Counted from the first letter of the stretch, positions 10,104-20,130 are shown. The stretch is DNA of 32,000 nucleotides from Raphidiopsis brookii D9 (GCA_000175855.1 ACYB01000042.1:30001-62000), one strand, 5' to 3'. Notes: generated by a model not told the origin, from the sequence alone. Program-made: numbers and translations.

Positions 10104-10131
10104 TTTGTTCAATTGTGCTCGAGGACGATAA

Positions 10132-10188
10132 TTATTTGCTACTAAATTCCATGAAGTATTAACTAGAATTCGTGCAATTGATCCAGAA
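10132..10188 (+). pseudogene. 5' remnant of the small ORF interrupted by the IS630-family element (continues at 11212)
   Basis: Reads LFATKFHEVLTRIRAIDPE up to the IS left end; no ATG in frame. Confidence 0.5.
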
Positions 10189-10190
10189 TA

Positions 10191-11209
10191 CAGCACTTTG
10201 TCTAACAGTTTGGTACAATAGTTGAGAAGATAAAGGTAAAAAATAAGATGAAACCCTACTCAATAGATCTGCGGGAAAAAATTATTAGCGTTTACGAAGC
10301 GGGAAATACATCTATTCGGAAAGTCGCAGAAAGATTCAAGGTAAGTAAGAATACAGTACAAAACCTGGTGAAGCGAAAACGAGAAAAAGGGACACTAGAG
10401 CCAAGTGTAGCGACTGGAGGAAAACCGAGCCAACTATCTGGGTATGAACAACAGATAGAGGAAATGGTAGCAGAGCATCTAGACTATACCCTAGCCGAGT
10501 ACTGTGAGTATTGGGAAGAAAAGACAGGGGTAAGGCTAAGTGAGAGTGCAATGTGTAGATTTCTTCAAAAACAGAAGCTCACTCTCAAAAAAAAACAGTA
10601 CGAAGCAGTCAAGCAGGGACAGAAATTACACAAAAAAAAAGGTTAGATTACTGGGAAAGCATCCGAGATGTTCTTGCAGATGACCTAGTTTTTGTGGATG
10701 AAATGGGAGTATTGCTAGGATTAATGAGGGGAATGGGCAGAAGTAAAAAGGGAGATAGAGTCTATGATGTCAAACCTTTTTACCGTGGAAGCCGAGTTAC
10801 CGTAGTGGGGGCTATTAGCAATAAATCAATCTTGGCGCTCAAGACATTAGGGCAATCAATGAATGGAGAAGACTTCAAAAAATTTGTGGAGGAAGAGCTA
10901 TTACCAAAATTGTGGAAAGGGGCAGTAGTGGTAATGGATAATCTCAAAGCACATAAAATGAAGGGGATTATTGAAATGATAGAGTCCGTAGGCGCAAGGG
11001 TAGTTTATTTATCACCGTATTCACCTGAATTTAATCCCATAGAACATCTCTGGTGGCAACTAAAAGCATTCATCAGGAAGTTTTCACCGAAAAATAGTTT
11101 GACAGTAGTCCAACTGTTGTCAGTAGGGGTCCTCTTATGCTCCAGCCAACAACTCCAAAATTATTTTTCTCACTGCTGCTACTGTACCAGTTAGTCGCGC
11201 AAAGTGCTG
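10191..11209 (+). mobile_element. Complete IS630-family insertion sequence (1019 bp)
   Basis: Left end CAGCACTTTGTCTAACAGTTTGGTACAATAG (10191-10221) and inverted right end CAGCACTTTGCGCGACTAACTGGTACAGTAG (complement of 11179-11209), 22/31 matches including a perfect outer 10. Flanked by TA at 10189-10190 and 11210-11211. Confidence 0.92.
10248..11194 (+). CDS. IS630-family DDE transposase in two frames (ORFA 10248..10646, ORFB in the -1 frame to 11194), possible programmed -1 frameshift
   Basis: ORFA has the HTH-containing MKPYSIDLREKIISVYEAGNTSIRKVAERFKVSKNTVQNLVKR. A9 run at 10632-10640; the -1 frame continues RLDYWESIRDVLADDLVFVDEMG...VVMDNLKAHK...YSPEFNPIEHLWWQLK (DDE residues). Confidence 0.88.
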
Positions 11210-11211
11210 TA

Positions 11212-11352
11212 TATTCCAGCTAGTCCCCAAGGATTGCGCCAATTGTCAAAATGGTTGGGTTATGAACAAGCAGAGGCGATCGCCTTAGTCTACCGCCAAT
11301 TGAAAAGCCTTTTAATCAGTACAGAAAGAGGTTTGCAACACAAGAGAAAGTA
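11212..11352 (+). pseudogene. 3' remnant of the small ORF interrupted by the IS element
   Basis: Removing the IS and one TA joins GAA|TAT ATT CCA in frame: ...RAIDPEYIPASPQGLRQLSKWLGYEQAEAIALVYRQLKSLLISTERGLQHKRK*. Confidence 0.6.
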
Positions 11353-11500
11353 ATATATGAAAATCATCCACCTTCCTGTTTCTGTGTTAGATTCACGCTG
11401 CTTTCTGAAGGTATTTATGAATTGCAAATCTAGGTGTTCTAACATTTAACTGTAATTGGCATAGCTAGAAACTATTATATTAAATAACATCTGAAAAATA

Positions 11501-11950
11501 ATGAACCTCACAAAACCTCTCTATGAATCTGATTTCAATTTGTGGATAGAACAAACCGTAAACCTGCTAAAAAAAGGAGAGTTTGCTGAGTTGGATATTC
11601 AGAATCTTATCGAAGAAATTGAAGACATGGGCAATAATCGTAAAGATGCTTTAGAGAGTAATCTGACTAGAGTTTTTCAACATTTACTCAAGTGGAAATA
11701 TCAACCACAAAAACGCTCTAATAGTTGGAAAGCGTCAATTACTGAACATTCTTTGCGTTTAAACAAGTCATTAAAAAAAAGTCCTAGCTTAAAGAGATAC
11801 TTGGAAGAGGTATTTGATGAATGTTATCATGATGCCAGATTAATTGCTTCTCAAGAAACAGGAACAGATATTCATGTTTTCCCGGAAATTTGCCCCTTTA
11901 ATAGTGCTAATGTTTTAAATCCCCAGTATTTACCAGAAGACGATATTTAG
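11501..11950 (+). CDS. DUF29 family protein
   Basis: 149 aa; YESDFNLWIEQTVNLLKKGEFAELDIQNLIEEIEDMG and LLKWKYQPQKRSNSWKASI are characteristic of DUF29. Confidence 0.9.
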   Translation: MNLTKPLYESDFNLWIEQTVNLLKKGEFAELDIQNLIEEIEDMGNNRKDALESNLTRVFQHLLKWKYQPQKRSNSWKASITEHSLRLNKSLKKSPSLKRYLEEVFDECYHDARLIASQETGTDIHVFPEICPFNSANVLNPQYLPEDDI

Positions 11951-12163
11951 TAAATTTAGTAAACTGCTTTGTCTTCTACTTTTCGGCAATTAAGAGGATG
12001 ATTTAAAAGTCATAATTGATGTATCAAATGGACTAAGAGGGGTAAAAAAATGATTAAATCAAAGTTGGCGGCAAAAGTTACATTATGTCAGGTTTTGTCT
12101 GTGGGTGTTGATCTGGGTGCTACGTTGGCAACCTCAATATGATTCCTATTTTAGGTTCAATCA

Positions 12164-13477
12164 ATGCAAGTTATTCAATGTCTGGGGTTTTACTTCCCGG
12201 AATCATCGGGGGGAACAGAAGTATATGTAGATGGGTTGGTGCGGGAACTCCAGTTACATGGCGTGACAAGTGTAATTGCTGCAGCCCAAGGGGGAGATAG
12301 GGAAAATACTTATTTATATAATAATTACAGTGTCTATCGCTATCCAGTATTAACCCGTCCCACCCCGGAAGAAATACGGGGAATAAAGCCCCACGGTGGT
12401 TTTACTTATTTTGCTGAGTGGTTAAAACAACAACAAAGAGATATTTATCATCAACATTCCTGGGTGACTGGTTGTAGTATTCATCACCTAAGGCTGGCTA
12501 AGGCATTGGGGATGAAAACCGTCATTACTGTCCATGTTCCTGGTAATATCTGCTTACGGGGAACAATGTTATTACAAGGTAAACAGGTCTGCAATGGTAA
12601 AATAAATATTGTCCGTTGTGGTACTTGTTGGGGTATGGCTAGGAATATTCCCCCCTGGGCTGCTCCTCTGGTAGCAAGGGTTCCCCTTTCGGTAAGTCGG
12701 AGGGCAGAAAATATTAATTCCCGCCTGGCTACGGTGGTGGCTACACCTGCTTTGGTGGCTACCCACCAACAACGATTACGGGAAATGGCCCAAGTGAGCG
12801 ATCGCATTATCGCAGTATGTCAGTGGCTTTATGATGCCTTGTTAATCAATGGTATCCCCGAGGAAAAACTGGTTTTATGTAGACAGGGAGTAAGTTTTGA
12901 TGGTAAAAAGACCACAGCAGATACCAGAGATACTTTCAATCATGCTCAACCTTTAAGAATTGGTTTTTTAGGACGGTGGGACAAAGTTAAGGGTATTCAT
13001 ATCCTAGTAGCAGCAGTGCGCCGATTACCACCGGATGTCAAGGTAAAACTCATCATTCACGCTTTAGTCCAGGGGGAAGTAGCCTATCAACAACAGGTTT
13101 TAGCGGATGCTGGGGGGGATACTCGTATTCAGTTTGAAGAACCCGTACCCCGCCATCTCGTTTCCCAAACTATTCGGGGTTTTGATTTACTGGCTGTTCC
13201 TTCCCAGTGGCTGGAAACTGGACCTTTAGTGGTGTTGGAAGCCCAAGCAGTAGGTGTACCGGTGATCGGTTCTGATTTAGGGGGGATTGGGGAATTAGTC
13301 ACCCATCAACAGGATGGTTGGTTAGTTCCCCATGATGATGTGGGAGCTTGGGGTCAGGGCATAACTTGTTTGGCTAGGGATAGGGGTTTGTTGGCCCGGT
13401 TACGTGGGGGAATTGGTGCTGTGAGGACGATGGCTGATGTGGGGAGGGAGATTAAATATGTGTATCAAAGTCTTTAG
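12164..13477 (+). CDS. Glycosyltransferase family 4
   Basis: 437 aa; YFPESSGGTEVYVDGLVREL, LRIGFLGRWDKVKGIHIL, WLETGPLVVLEAQAVGVPVIGSDLGGIGELV. Confidence 0.9.
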   Translation: MQVIQCLGFYFPESSGGTEVYVDGLVRELQLHGVTSVIAAAQGGDRENTYLYNNYSVYRYPVLTRPTPEEIRGIKPHGGFTYFAEWLKQQQRDIYHQHSWVTGCSIHHLRLAKALGMKTVITVHVPGNICLRGTMLLQGKQVCNGKINIVRCGTCWGMARNIPPWAAPLVARVPLSVSRRAENINSRLATVVATPALVATHQQRLREMAQVSDRIIAVCQWLYDALLINGIPEEKLVLCRQGVSFDGKKTTADTRDTFNHAQPLRIGFLGRWDKVKGIHILVAAVRRLPPDVKVKLIIHALVQGEVAYQQQVLADAGGDTRIQFEEPVPRHLVSQTIRGFDLLAVPSQWLETGPLVVLEAQAVGVPVIGSDLGGIGELVTHQQDGWLVPHDDVGAWGQGITCLARDRGLLARLRGGIGAVRTMADVGREIKYVYQSL

Positions 13478-13489
13478 AAGGGGGTAAGT

Positions 13490-13762
13490 GTGAGTAAATT
13501 ATTGAGTTTCATGGCCAAATTTTTGAGATCAAAATTGATTCACCCTAAGTTATCTTATAAAATTTGGCAATTGTTATGCAAGCTAAATCATGGTCAATCC
13601 TTCTTTTTTCCCTTGAGATCATCTGGTAATTTTCCGGTTTTGATGTATGGGGGAATCTGCGGTTACTCGGATAGTGCTATTTTTTTTGAATCTTTACAGT
13701 ATGAACAGGAAAACATAGCAGTATATAGATCAATAATTATTTACTACCAAATTTTATTCTAG
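13490..13762 (+). other. Short ORF (90 aa), possible gene remnant
   Basis: GTG-start ORF 13 nt after the GT4 gene; no recognisable complete domain. Confidence 0.3.
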
Positions 13763-13970
13763 GAAATATCACATCACTATCAAAATCGTCTCTGGAGTCG
13801 GGGACAGCAGTCAATATATATGTTTTTACTCAATAAACTAGGGGAGTCAGTTGTAATAAGTGCAACTAATATCGCTGAGAAGAAGGGGGGATTCAATACA
13901 TACAGAGAAAGGACATGGACAATTATGGGTGCAAAAAGTGAGGTAAAAAGTCTAGGAAAGAATCAAAAGT

Positions 13971-14930
13971 ATGACATCAATATCCGTTATTATCCCCTGC
14001 TACAACTGCGATCGCTTTCTGGAAGAAACAGTTAACAGTGTTTTCCAGCAAACCTTTACTGATTATGAAATCATTTTAATTGATGATGGTTCTACCGATA
14101 ACACAGCCAAAATCATTAAATCCTTTGGTTCCCAAGTGAGGGCGGAATTTCAGCCCAACCAAGGAGCCAGTGTCACCCGCAATAGGGGTACAGCCATGGC
14201 TGGTGGTGAGTTTATCCAATACCTAGATGCTGATGATTTATTACGACCTGATGCTTTAGAAAAACGGCTGGGGGCTTTAAAATCCAGTGGGGCGGATGTG
14301 GCTTACTCAGACTGGCAAAAGTTAGTAGAAATAGCACCGGGGAAATTTGAATTAGGAGAAATTATCAGCAGAAAAATAGAAGATATTCACCCGAATATAG
14401 AAATTGCCTTATTTACCTCCTTTTGGTCGCCCCCGGCCGCGCTCTTATACCGTCGTAGTATCGTAGATAAAATTGGGTTGTGGAATGAATCCTTACCTAT
14501 CATCCAAGATGCGCGGTTTTTACTGGATGCTGGGTTAAAGGGTGGTAGGTTTGTTTATGTTCCCGGTGTGGGGGCTGAGTATCGCGTTCATACTAGTGTC
14601 AGTTTATCCCGGCGCAATCCTTTGGAGTTTGTTAAAGATTGTTACCGGAATGGTTGCCAGGTACAGGAATGTTGGGAGCATAGGGGAGAGTTAAATATAG
14701 AACAAAAAAAGGCCTTAGCTCAGTTATATGACTATACAGCCCGGACTTTGCTGATGGGGGATAAAGAACTGTTTACAGAAAATCTCGCTCGATTGTATGG
14801 GGTAGAGCCAAAATTCCGTGGGAGTCTACCTAAATTAGCGGGTTTGATGTCCCAAATTTGGGGTATTAAAGTTACCCAGTGGTGGGTGAACAAGTTAGGG
14901 CGATCGCCCCTCAGATACCCCAGTTCTTAA
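13971..14930 (+). CDS. Glycosyltransferase family 2
   Basis: 319 aa; ISVIIPCYNCDRFLEETVNSVFQQTFTDYEIILIDDGSTDNT, QPNQGASVTRNRG, QYLDADDLL. Confidence 0.93.
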   Translation: MTSISVIIPCYNCDRFLEETVNSVFQQTFTDYEIILIDDGSTDNTAKIIKSFGSQVRAEFQPNQGASVTRNRGTAMAGGEFIQYLDADDLLRPDALEKRLGALKSSGADVAYSDWQKLVEIAPGKFELGEIISRKIEDIHPNIEIALFTSFWSPPAALLYRRSIVDKIGLWNESLPIIQDARFLLDAGLKGGRFVYVPGVGAEYRVHTSVSLSRRNPLEFVKDCYRNGCQVQECWEHRGELNIEQKKALAQLYDYTARTLLMGDKELFTENLARLYGVEPKFRGSLPKLAGLMSQIWGIKVTQWWVNKLGRSPLRYPSS

Positions 14931-15059
14931 AGAAGTGGGGTTACAATCATTTCACTTATACAGCTAGTCTATAGAGTATTTGATTGGTGTTTAAAGTACA
15001 ACATTAATACTGCAGTTAATAAAATTAAAAATTGAAAATAAAAAGTTATCTTATCTGAG

Positions 15060-15338
15060 GTGTTACCAGTGAGTAAATTATCATTCCTGATTTTCATACT
15101 TGATAAGTATTTAAGGAATCAATCTCGTGATTGTCCTCATTGTGGGAGTGAAAATACTATTCTTAAACAACGTAAAAAACTTTTACTTGAGTTGAGAGAG
15201 TGCCAAGATTGTTTTCTAATGTATAGGTATCCCAAAGATACAATGGTAGATAATTTTAATTTCTACCAACTAAATTACGATGAATTACTAGTAATAGCCA
15301 CTCCCATCGAATCAAAAGCAAGGTTAGTATATTTGTGA
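15060..15338 (+). pseudogene. N-terminal zinc-ribbon fragment of a methyltransferase-like protein
   Basis: 92 aa; CPHCGSENTILKQRKKLLLELRECQDCFLMYRYPKDTMVDNFNFYQ resembles the Cys4 N-terminus of SAM methyltransferases in sugar loci; the catalytic domain is missing. Confidence 0.5.
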
Positions 15339-15439
15339 TATGAATAAAACACTCAAAGTTCTGATAATTGGTTTCTCCTTAAAACAAACCATCCTCACAA
15401 TCAGCGACGCCCAAAATTATAATTTAAAAAAACTCAACT

Positions 15440-16612
15440 ATGAAAGTTCTAGTTTCATGTGGTACTAAATTTCACTCAGATCACCTTGCGTATGAGCTAC
15501 AACAAAGAAATAGTTTATATAAACTAATTACATCTCATCCCTCAGTAGCATACAAAAGAAAACCAATTGATCGAAAAAAAATATTGTTCCTACCCCCCAT
15601 TTTTGTGATTTCCCTAGTCCTGAGCAGACTTTTGGGGAAATTTTACGTTTTCCGGTCTCGTTTGGAATGGGTGCTAGCTATAATTTACGACTGGATGGCT
15701 AGTTTATTCGTCCAAAGTCCTGATATATCAATTTCATGGGCTTGGGCAAGTTTACGTACAATTAGGGAAGTTAAAAAGAGAGGGGGTATTGCCATTGTTG
15801 AGGAATGCGGCTCATGTAATTTGTATCAAGAGAAATTGCTCCGGGAAGAATATCAAAACCTGAATGTACACTATAAACCGCAAACATTTCATAAAATCAT
15901 TCTCAGAGAGTTGGAAGAATGCCAGGAAGCAGATTACATATTATGTCCATCTCAACATGTCGCCAACTCTCTAAATCAATGCGGGATTGCTCAGGAAAAG
16001 TTGTTAATTATTCCTTATGGGGTTGAACTAAGTTTGTTTAACCCCCAACCGAAAAAGGATGATACATTCAGGGTTTTATTTGTGGGTACTGTAGGAATTC
16101 GCAAAGGACTAATCTATCTATTTAAAGCATTGGAACAACTGGCAACCAAAAATAATTTGGAAAATTTTGAATGTCTAATTATTGGGAGGTTAGATTATGA
16201 TTTCAAACATATATTTAGTAAATATAAAGATTATTTTAAATACATTCCAAGAGTTCCCCATGATCAATTGAAAGAATATTATTCTAATTCATCATTATTT
16301 GTTTTTCCCAGTTTAGACGAAGGTATGGCTTACGTCCAATTAGAGGCTATGGCCTGTGGTTTACCTGTAATTTGTACACCCAATTCTGGAGGTGACAGTG
16401 TGATTAGGAATGGTGAAGAGGGTTTTATTATACCTATTCGTGATTCTGAGGCAATTCAACAAAAAATTGAGTATTTGTATTTCCACCCCCAAGAATTGCA
16501 AAAAATGAGTCAACAAGCACTGGAACGAGCTAAGGAGTTTACTTGGGAAAATTACGGTAACTCTTTGAGTAAAAAATTGCAAGAATTAAAATTGAGGCGG
16601 GAAAAATGTTAA
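15440..16612 (+). CDS. Glycosyltransferase family 4
   Basis: 390 aa; VRKGLIYLFKALEQL-type segment (VGTVGIRKGLIYLFKALEQL), FVFPSLDEGMAYVQLEAMACGLPVICTPNSGG. Confidence 0.9.
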   Translation: MKVLVSCGTKFHSDHLAYELQQRNSLYKLITSHPSVAYKRKPIDRKKILFLPPIFVISLVLSRLLGKFYVFRSRLEWVLAIIYDWMASLFVQSPDISISWAWASLRTIREVKKRGGIAIVEECGSCNLYQEKLLREEYQNLNVHYKPQTFHKIILRELEECQEADYILCPSQHVANSLNQCGIAQEKLLIIPYGVELSLFNPQPKKDDTFRVLFVGTVGIRKGLIYLFKALEQLATKNNLENFECLIIGRLDYDFKHIFSKYKDYFKYIPRVPHDQLKEYYSNSSLFVFPSLDEGMAYVQLEAMACGLPVICTPNSGGDSVIRNGEEGFIIPIRDSEAIQQKIEYLYFHPQELQKMSQQALERAKEFTWENYGNSLSKKLQELKLRREKC

Positions 16613-17264
16613 GAAAACTTCTAATTAATTTCTCCAATACATTATGGGATTTATCCACCTTTAATTGTAAAAAACACATAATGTTCAACGTTACGCTATG
16701 TATTCTAGGATTAAGTTAGCAACTAAAGAACTTGATTTATCTTCTTATGAGTCATGTTTGTCTATTAGTTATTCGAAGCCTTTATGTAATCTCATAGGTT
16801 TTTTAGATTCCCAAATTTTGGAGGCTAACTATCCGCAATATAACATATGTAATCTCGACTTACCCAGTGAAACTTTTGATGCCGTAGTTACCGATCAGGT
16901 ATTGGAACATATTGAGTGTGATCCTTGTGAAGCAATTAATGAGTGTTACAGAGTTTTAAAGCCTGGTGGAATTATGGTTTGTACCACCTGTTTTATGATG
17001 CCATTTCATGGTAGCCCGGATTTTAGTGTTTCTGGAGGTGGTGATTATTGGAGGTATACTCCCCAAGGCTTACAGTTTCTGTGTAGGAACTTTTCAAAAA
17101 TCATACAGTCGGATGGTTGGGGTAATCCACTTTTACCTATCCTTGGCGGTTTAGGGCTTGTCCATAAGCCGATACCAGATGCAGCTTGGCATCCTCTGCA
17201 TAAAATAGCTACTTATGATCGTAAATCTTATGCTTGTGTAGTGTGGATAATTGCTCAAAAATAA
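16606..17264 (+). pseudogene. SAM-dependent methyltransferase (methyltransferase type 11-like) with one-base frameshift near its 5' end
   Basis: First frame MLRKLLINFSNTLWDLSTFNCKK; after A6 at 16669-16674 the homologous frame continues THNVQRYAMYSRIKLATKELDLSSYESCLSISYSKPLCNLIGF...FDAVVTDQVLEHIECDPCEAINECYRVLKPGG. Confidence 0.75.
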
Positions 17265-18489
17265 TGAAAAGGGTTACATTTATTACTCCAGCACATATTT
17301 CCTGCAATCCCAGGTTATTTAAGGAAGCTAATACATTACATAGTGCTGGATTTCAAGTGAGGGTGGTGGCTGGAGATTACTCGCCAGAAGCTCGTATCCT
17401 AGATAATAGTATTTCTCCTGAGCCACCTTGGTCATGGGTAAAAGTTCCTTTAGGAAGTAAACCTATTTATTTAGCCACCAGATTTTTACAAAAACTAGCG
17501 CAAAAACTCGCTGCTCATAAATACATCCTTAACTTATCCATAGCCACATTTAGTAATAGCCCCATCAGCTACCAACTAGCCAAAGCCGCCGCCGCAGAGC
17601 CGGCAGATTTATATATTGCCCACTGTTTAGCCGCCTTACCAGCCGCCGTGATGGCAGCCGAGAAACATCATGGTAAGGTGGGTTTTGATGCCGAAGATTT
17701 TCATATTGGGGAACTACCAGATATCCCGGAAAATCAAGCAGAAATTGCGGTGCGGGATGTGATTGAGCGCAGTTTATTACCCCGGTGTGACTATTTAACT
17801 GCGGCTTCTCCCCTGATTGCTGAGGCTTATGGGCAGAGATACGGAGTAGAGATGACAACAATTTTAAATGTTTTCCCCCTGTCAGAAGCACCCCCATCTC
17901 TGAGTCAGAAGCAGGAGATAAATTCATCACCTTCTTTATACTGGTTTCCCAAACCATTGGTAGTGGTAGGGGGATTGAGTCTATAGTTTTGGCCATGGGT
18001 AAAATGCAAACACCAATGAATCTATACCTGCGGGGATATCCCGCTAAAGGTTATTTAGATGGGTTGATGGACTTAGCTCAATCTGTAGGTGTAGGTGAAC
18101 GTCTGCACATTTTACCTTCTGCTCCTCCGGGGGATATGGCTAAGTTGGCGGCTAATTATGATCTGGGATTGTCTTTGGAAATCACAGAACCGCAAAACCG
18201 GGCTATTTGTTTGACGAATAAAATTTTTACCTACCTATTAGCAGGTATACCCGTACTTCTCAGTCACACCCCGGCGCAAGGGGAACTGGCTGAACAGTTG
18301 GGGGAGGCGGCGATTTTAGTAGATATTCATGATATCTTGTCTTTGGCTAGTGTTTTAGATCATTGGTTTACTGATGCTGTAAGGATGGAAAATGCCAGAG
18401 CTAAGGCTAGGCAATTAGGACAGGAGGTTTATAACTGGGATGTGGAGCAGTGTAAATTTTTGGGAATGATTAGGAATACATTCATGTAA
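17264..18489 (+). pseudogene. Glycosyltransferase family 4, split by one frameshift
   Basis: ORFs 17234..17986 and 17989..18489 are two halves. Adding one base at TTTCCC (17944-17949) yields SLYWFSQTIGSGRGIESIVLAMGKMQTPMNLYLRG. TAATG overlap with the preceding gene. Confidence 0.85.
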
Positions 18490-18508
18490 TCAATCACACA
18501 AAATAATA

Positions 18509-18680
18509 TTAAAAGAAATACCAAAAAATTTAAAAAACGTGACAACCTCTGATTATTGCTGGTAATCACAACCCTGATGATCCCTATTGGCAAAGGGAGA
18601 TAGTACCCCATCTCAGTGATAGTGGACAGATTCAGTACATCGGCACCGTGAATGATCAGCAGAAAAATCACCTTTTAGGT
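18509..18680 (+). pseudogene. Internal fragment of another family 4 glycosyltransferase
   Basis: Reads PLIIAG-like ...IIAGNHNPDDPYWQREIVPHLSDSGQIQYIGTVNDQQKNHLLGQAKAF, typical of the GT4 segment preceding the EX7E motif. Confidence 0.7.
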
Positions 18681-18797
18681 CAAGCAAAAGCCTTTTCATT
18701 ATATAAATTTCTAGAGTTACCGTGCCAAAGATGGAATAAAAAACTACAAATAAATAGCGATCGCTAGTGAGATAGCAATATATTATCCTGTATTATT

Positions 18798-20130
18798 TTG
18801 TCAGCCAATAACATGAAACGAGTTCTCATTGTAACTCCGCACTTTCCGCCTATTAACGCACCTGACCATCAGAGAGTGCGGATGTCACTACCATACTTTA
18901 AAGAATTTGGCTGGGAACCCCATATCCTTACAGTCAAACCAGAATTTGTTATAGGTGTCAATGACCCATTACTAGTTAAAACCATCCCCAGTCACACATC
19001 CGTTACATACGCCCAAGCTTTACCATTTCAAAAAACTAAACTAATTGGCATAGGTAGTTTAGGACTCAGGTGTTTTCCTTTCTTACTAAAAACAGGTAAT
19101 CAACTTCTCAAACAAAATAAAATTTGACTTGATTTACTTTTCCACCACAGTATTTATTGTCATGGCTTTAGGTCGTATATGGCATGATAAATTTAATATA
19201 CCCTATGTCTTAGATTTTCAAGACCCCTGGTTAAGTGATTACTATGAAAAATCTGGAGTAACCCCACCGGGGGGAAATTAAAGTATAAATTCTCTCAATT
19301 ACAGGCAAAAATTTTAGAGCCTGTAGCCATGAGTAAAGTGAGCCATATAGTCAGTGTATCCCCAGAGTACCCAAACAGCTTACGGCAGCCATATCCATAC
19401 CTCAAGCCAGAGCAATTTACTGTTTTACCTTTTGGTGCACCAACAGTTGATTTTGAGCAACTTCCCGATTTAAATATTCACAATCGGATATTTAACTGCC
19501 AAGATGGTAAACGCCATTGGGTTTATGTTGGCGTAGTCGGTAATATTATGTCATTGGCATTGCGAATTCTCTTTTTGGGAATTCAATCACACCGTCGCCA
19601 ACACCCAGAAACTTGGCAATCTGTTAAGCTTCACTTTGTTGGTACTAGCTATGCAACTGATAACCGAGCTGTCAAAACGGTAGAACCGATGGCCCGGGAA
19701 TTTGGAGTTGATGATTTAGTAGAAGAATACACCCAAAGAATTCCCTATTTTGAAGCCTTACAAACTTTAGTAGATAGTGATGGTGTGTTATTAATTGGTT
19801 CCGATGATCCCAGTTATACAGCTTCCAAACTATACCCTTGTGTTTTGGCCAGAAAACCAATTTTAGCCATCTTCCATGAAAAAAGTTCCGTGGTCAATAT
19901 TCTTAAGCAGTGCCAAGGAGGTGAATGTGTTACTTTTAACTCTACTATTCAACCTCAAAATTTACTGGAGGATATATTGAAAAAATTAAAACTGGCTAAT
20001 TTCGCTACCAAAAGCCTATGAACCGCAAACTGACTGGTCAGCTTTTAAACCTTATACTGCTAGGGAAATGACTGGTAAGCAATGCCATATTTTTCATAAC
20101 ATCCTGACCGTAGCAGATTCTACATCTTAG
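18798..20130 (+). pseudogene. Glycosyltransferase-like protein (GT4 superfamily), at least three frameshifts
   Basis: MKRVLIVTPHFPPINAPDHQRVRMSLPYFKEFGWEPHIL... then (shift ~19119) FDLIYFSTTVFIVMALGRIWHDKFNIPYVLDFQDPWLSDYY..., (shift ~19271) KLKYKFSQLQAKILEPVAMSKVSHIVSVSPEY..., (shift ~20010) AYEPQTDWSAFKPYTAREMTGKQCHIFHNIL. Confidence 0.85.

Noticed and set aside
10632-10640. A9 run treated as a simple inactivating frameshift in the transposase
   Set aside because: Position, -1 direction and A-rich slippery context fit programmed frameshifting, and both IS ends are intact, so inactivation is not assumed.
12484-12807. 107-aa and 66-aa - strand ORFs
   Set aside because: Antisense shadows of the intact GT4 gene.
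13820-14035. 71-aa + ORF treated as an independent gene
   Set aside because: Overlaps the real GT2 start at 13971; more likely the tail of an upstream decayed gene.
17565-17996. 143-aa - strand ORF
   Set aside because: Antisense to the split GT4; low-complexity, proline/leucine-rich shadow translation.
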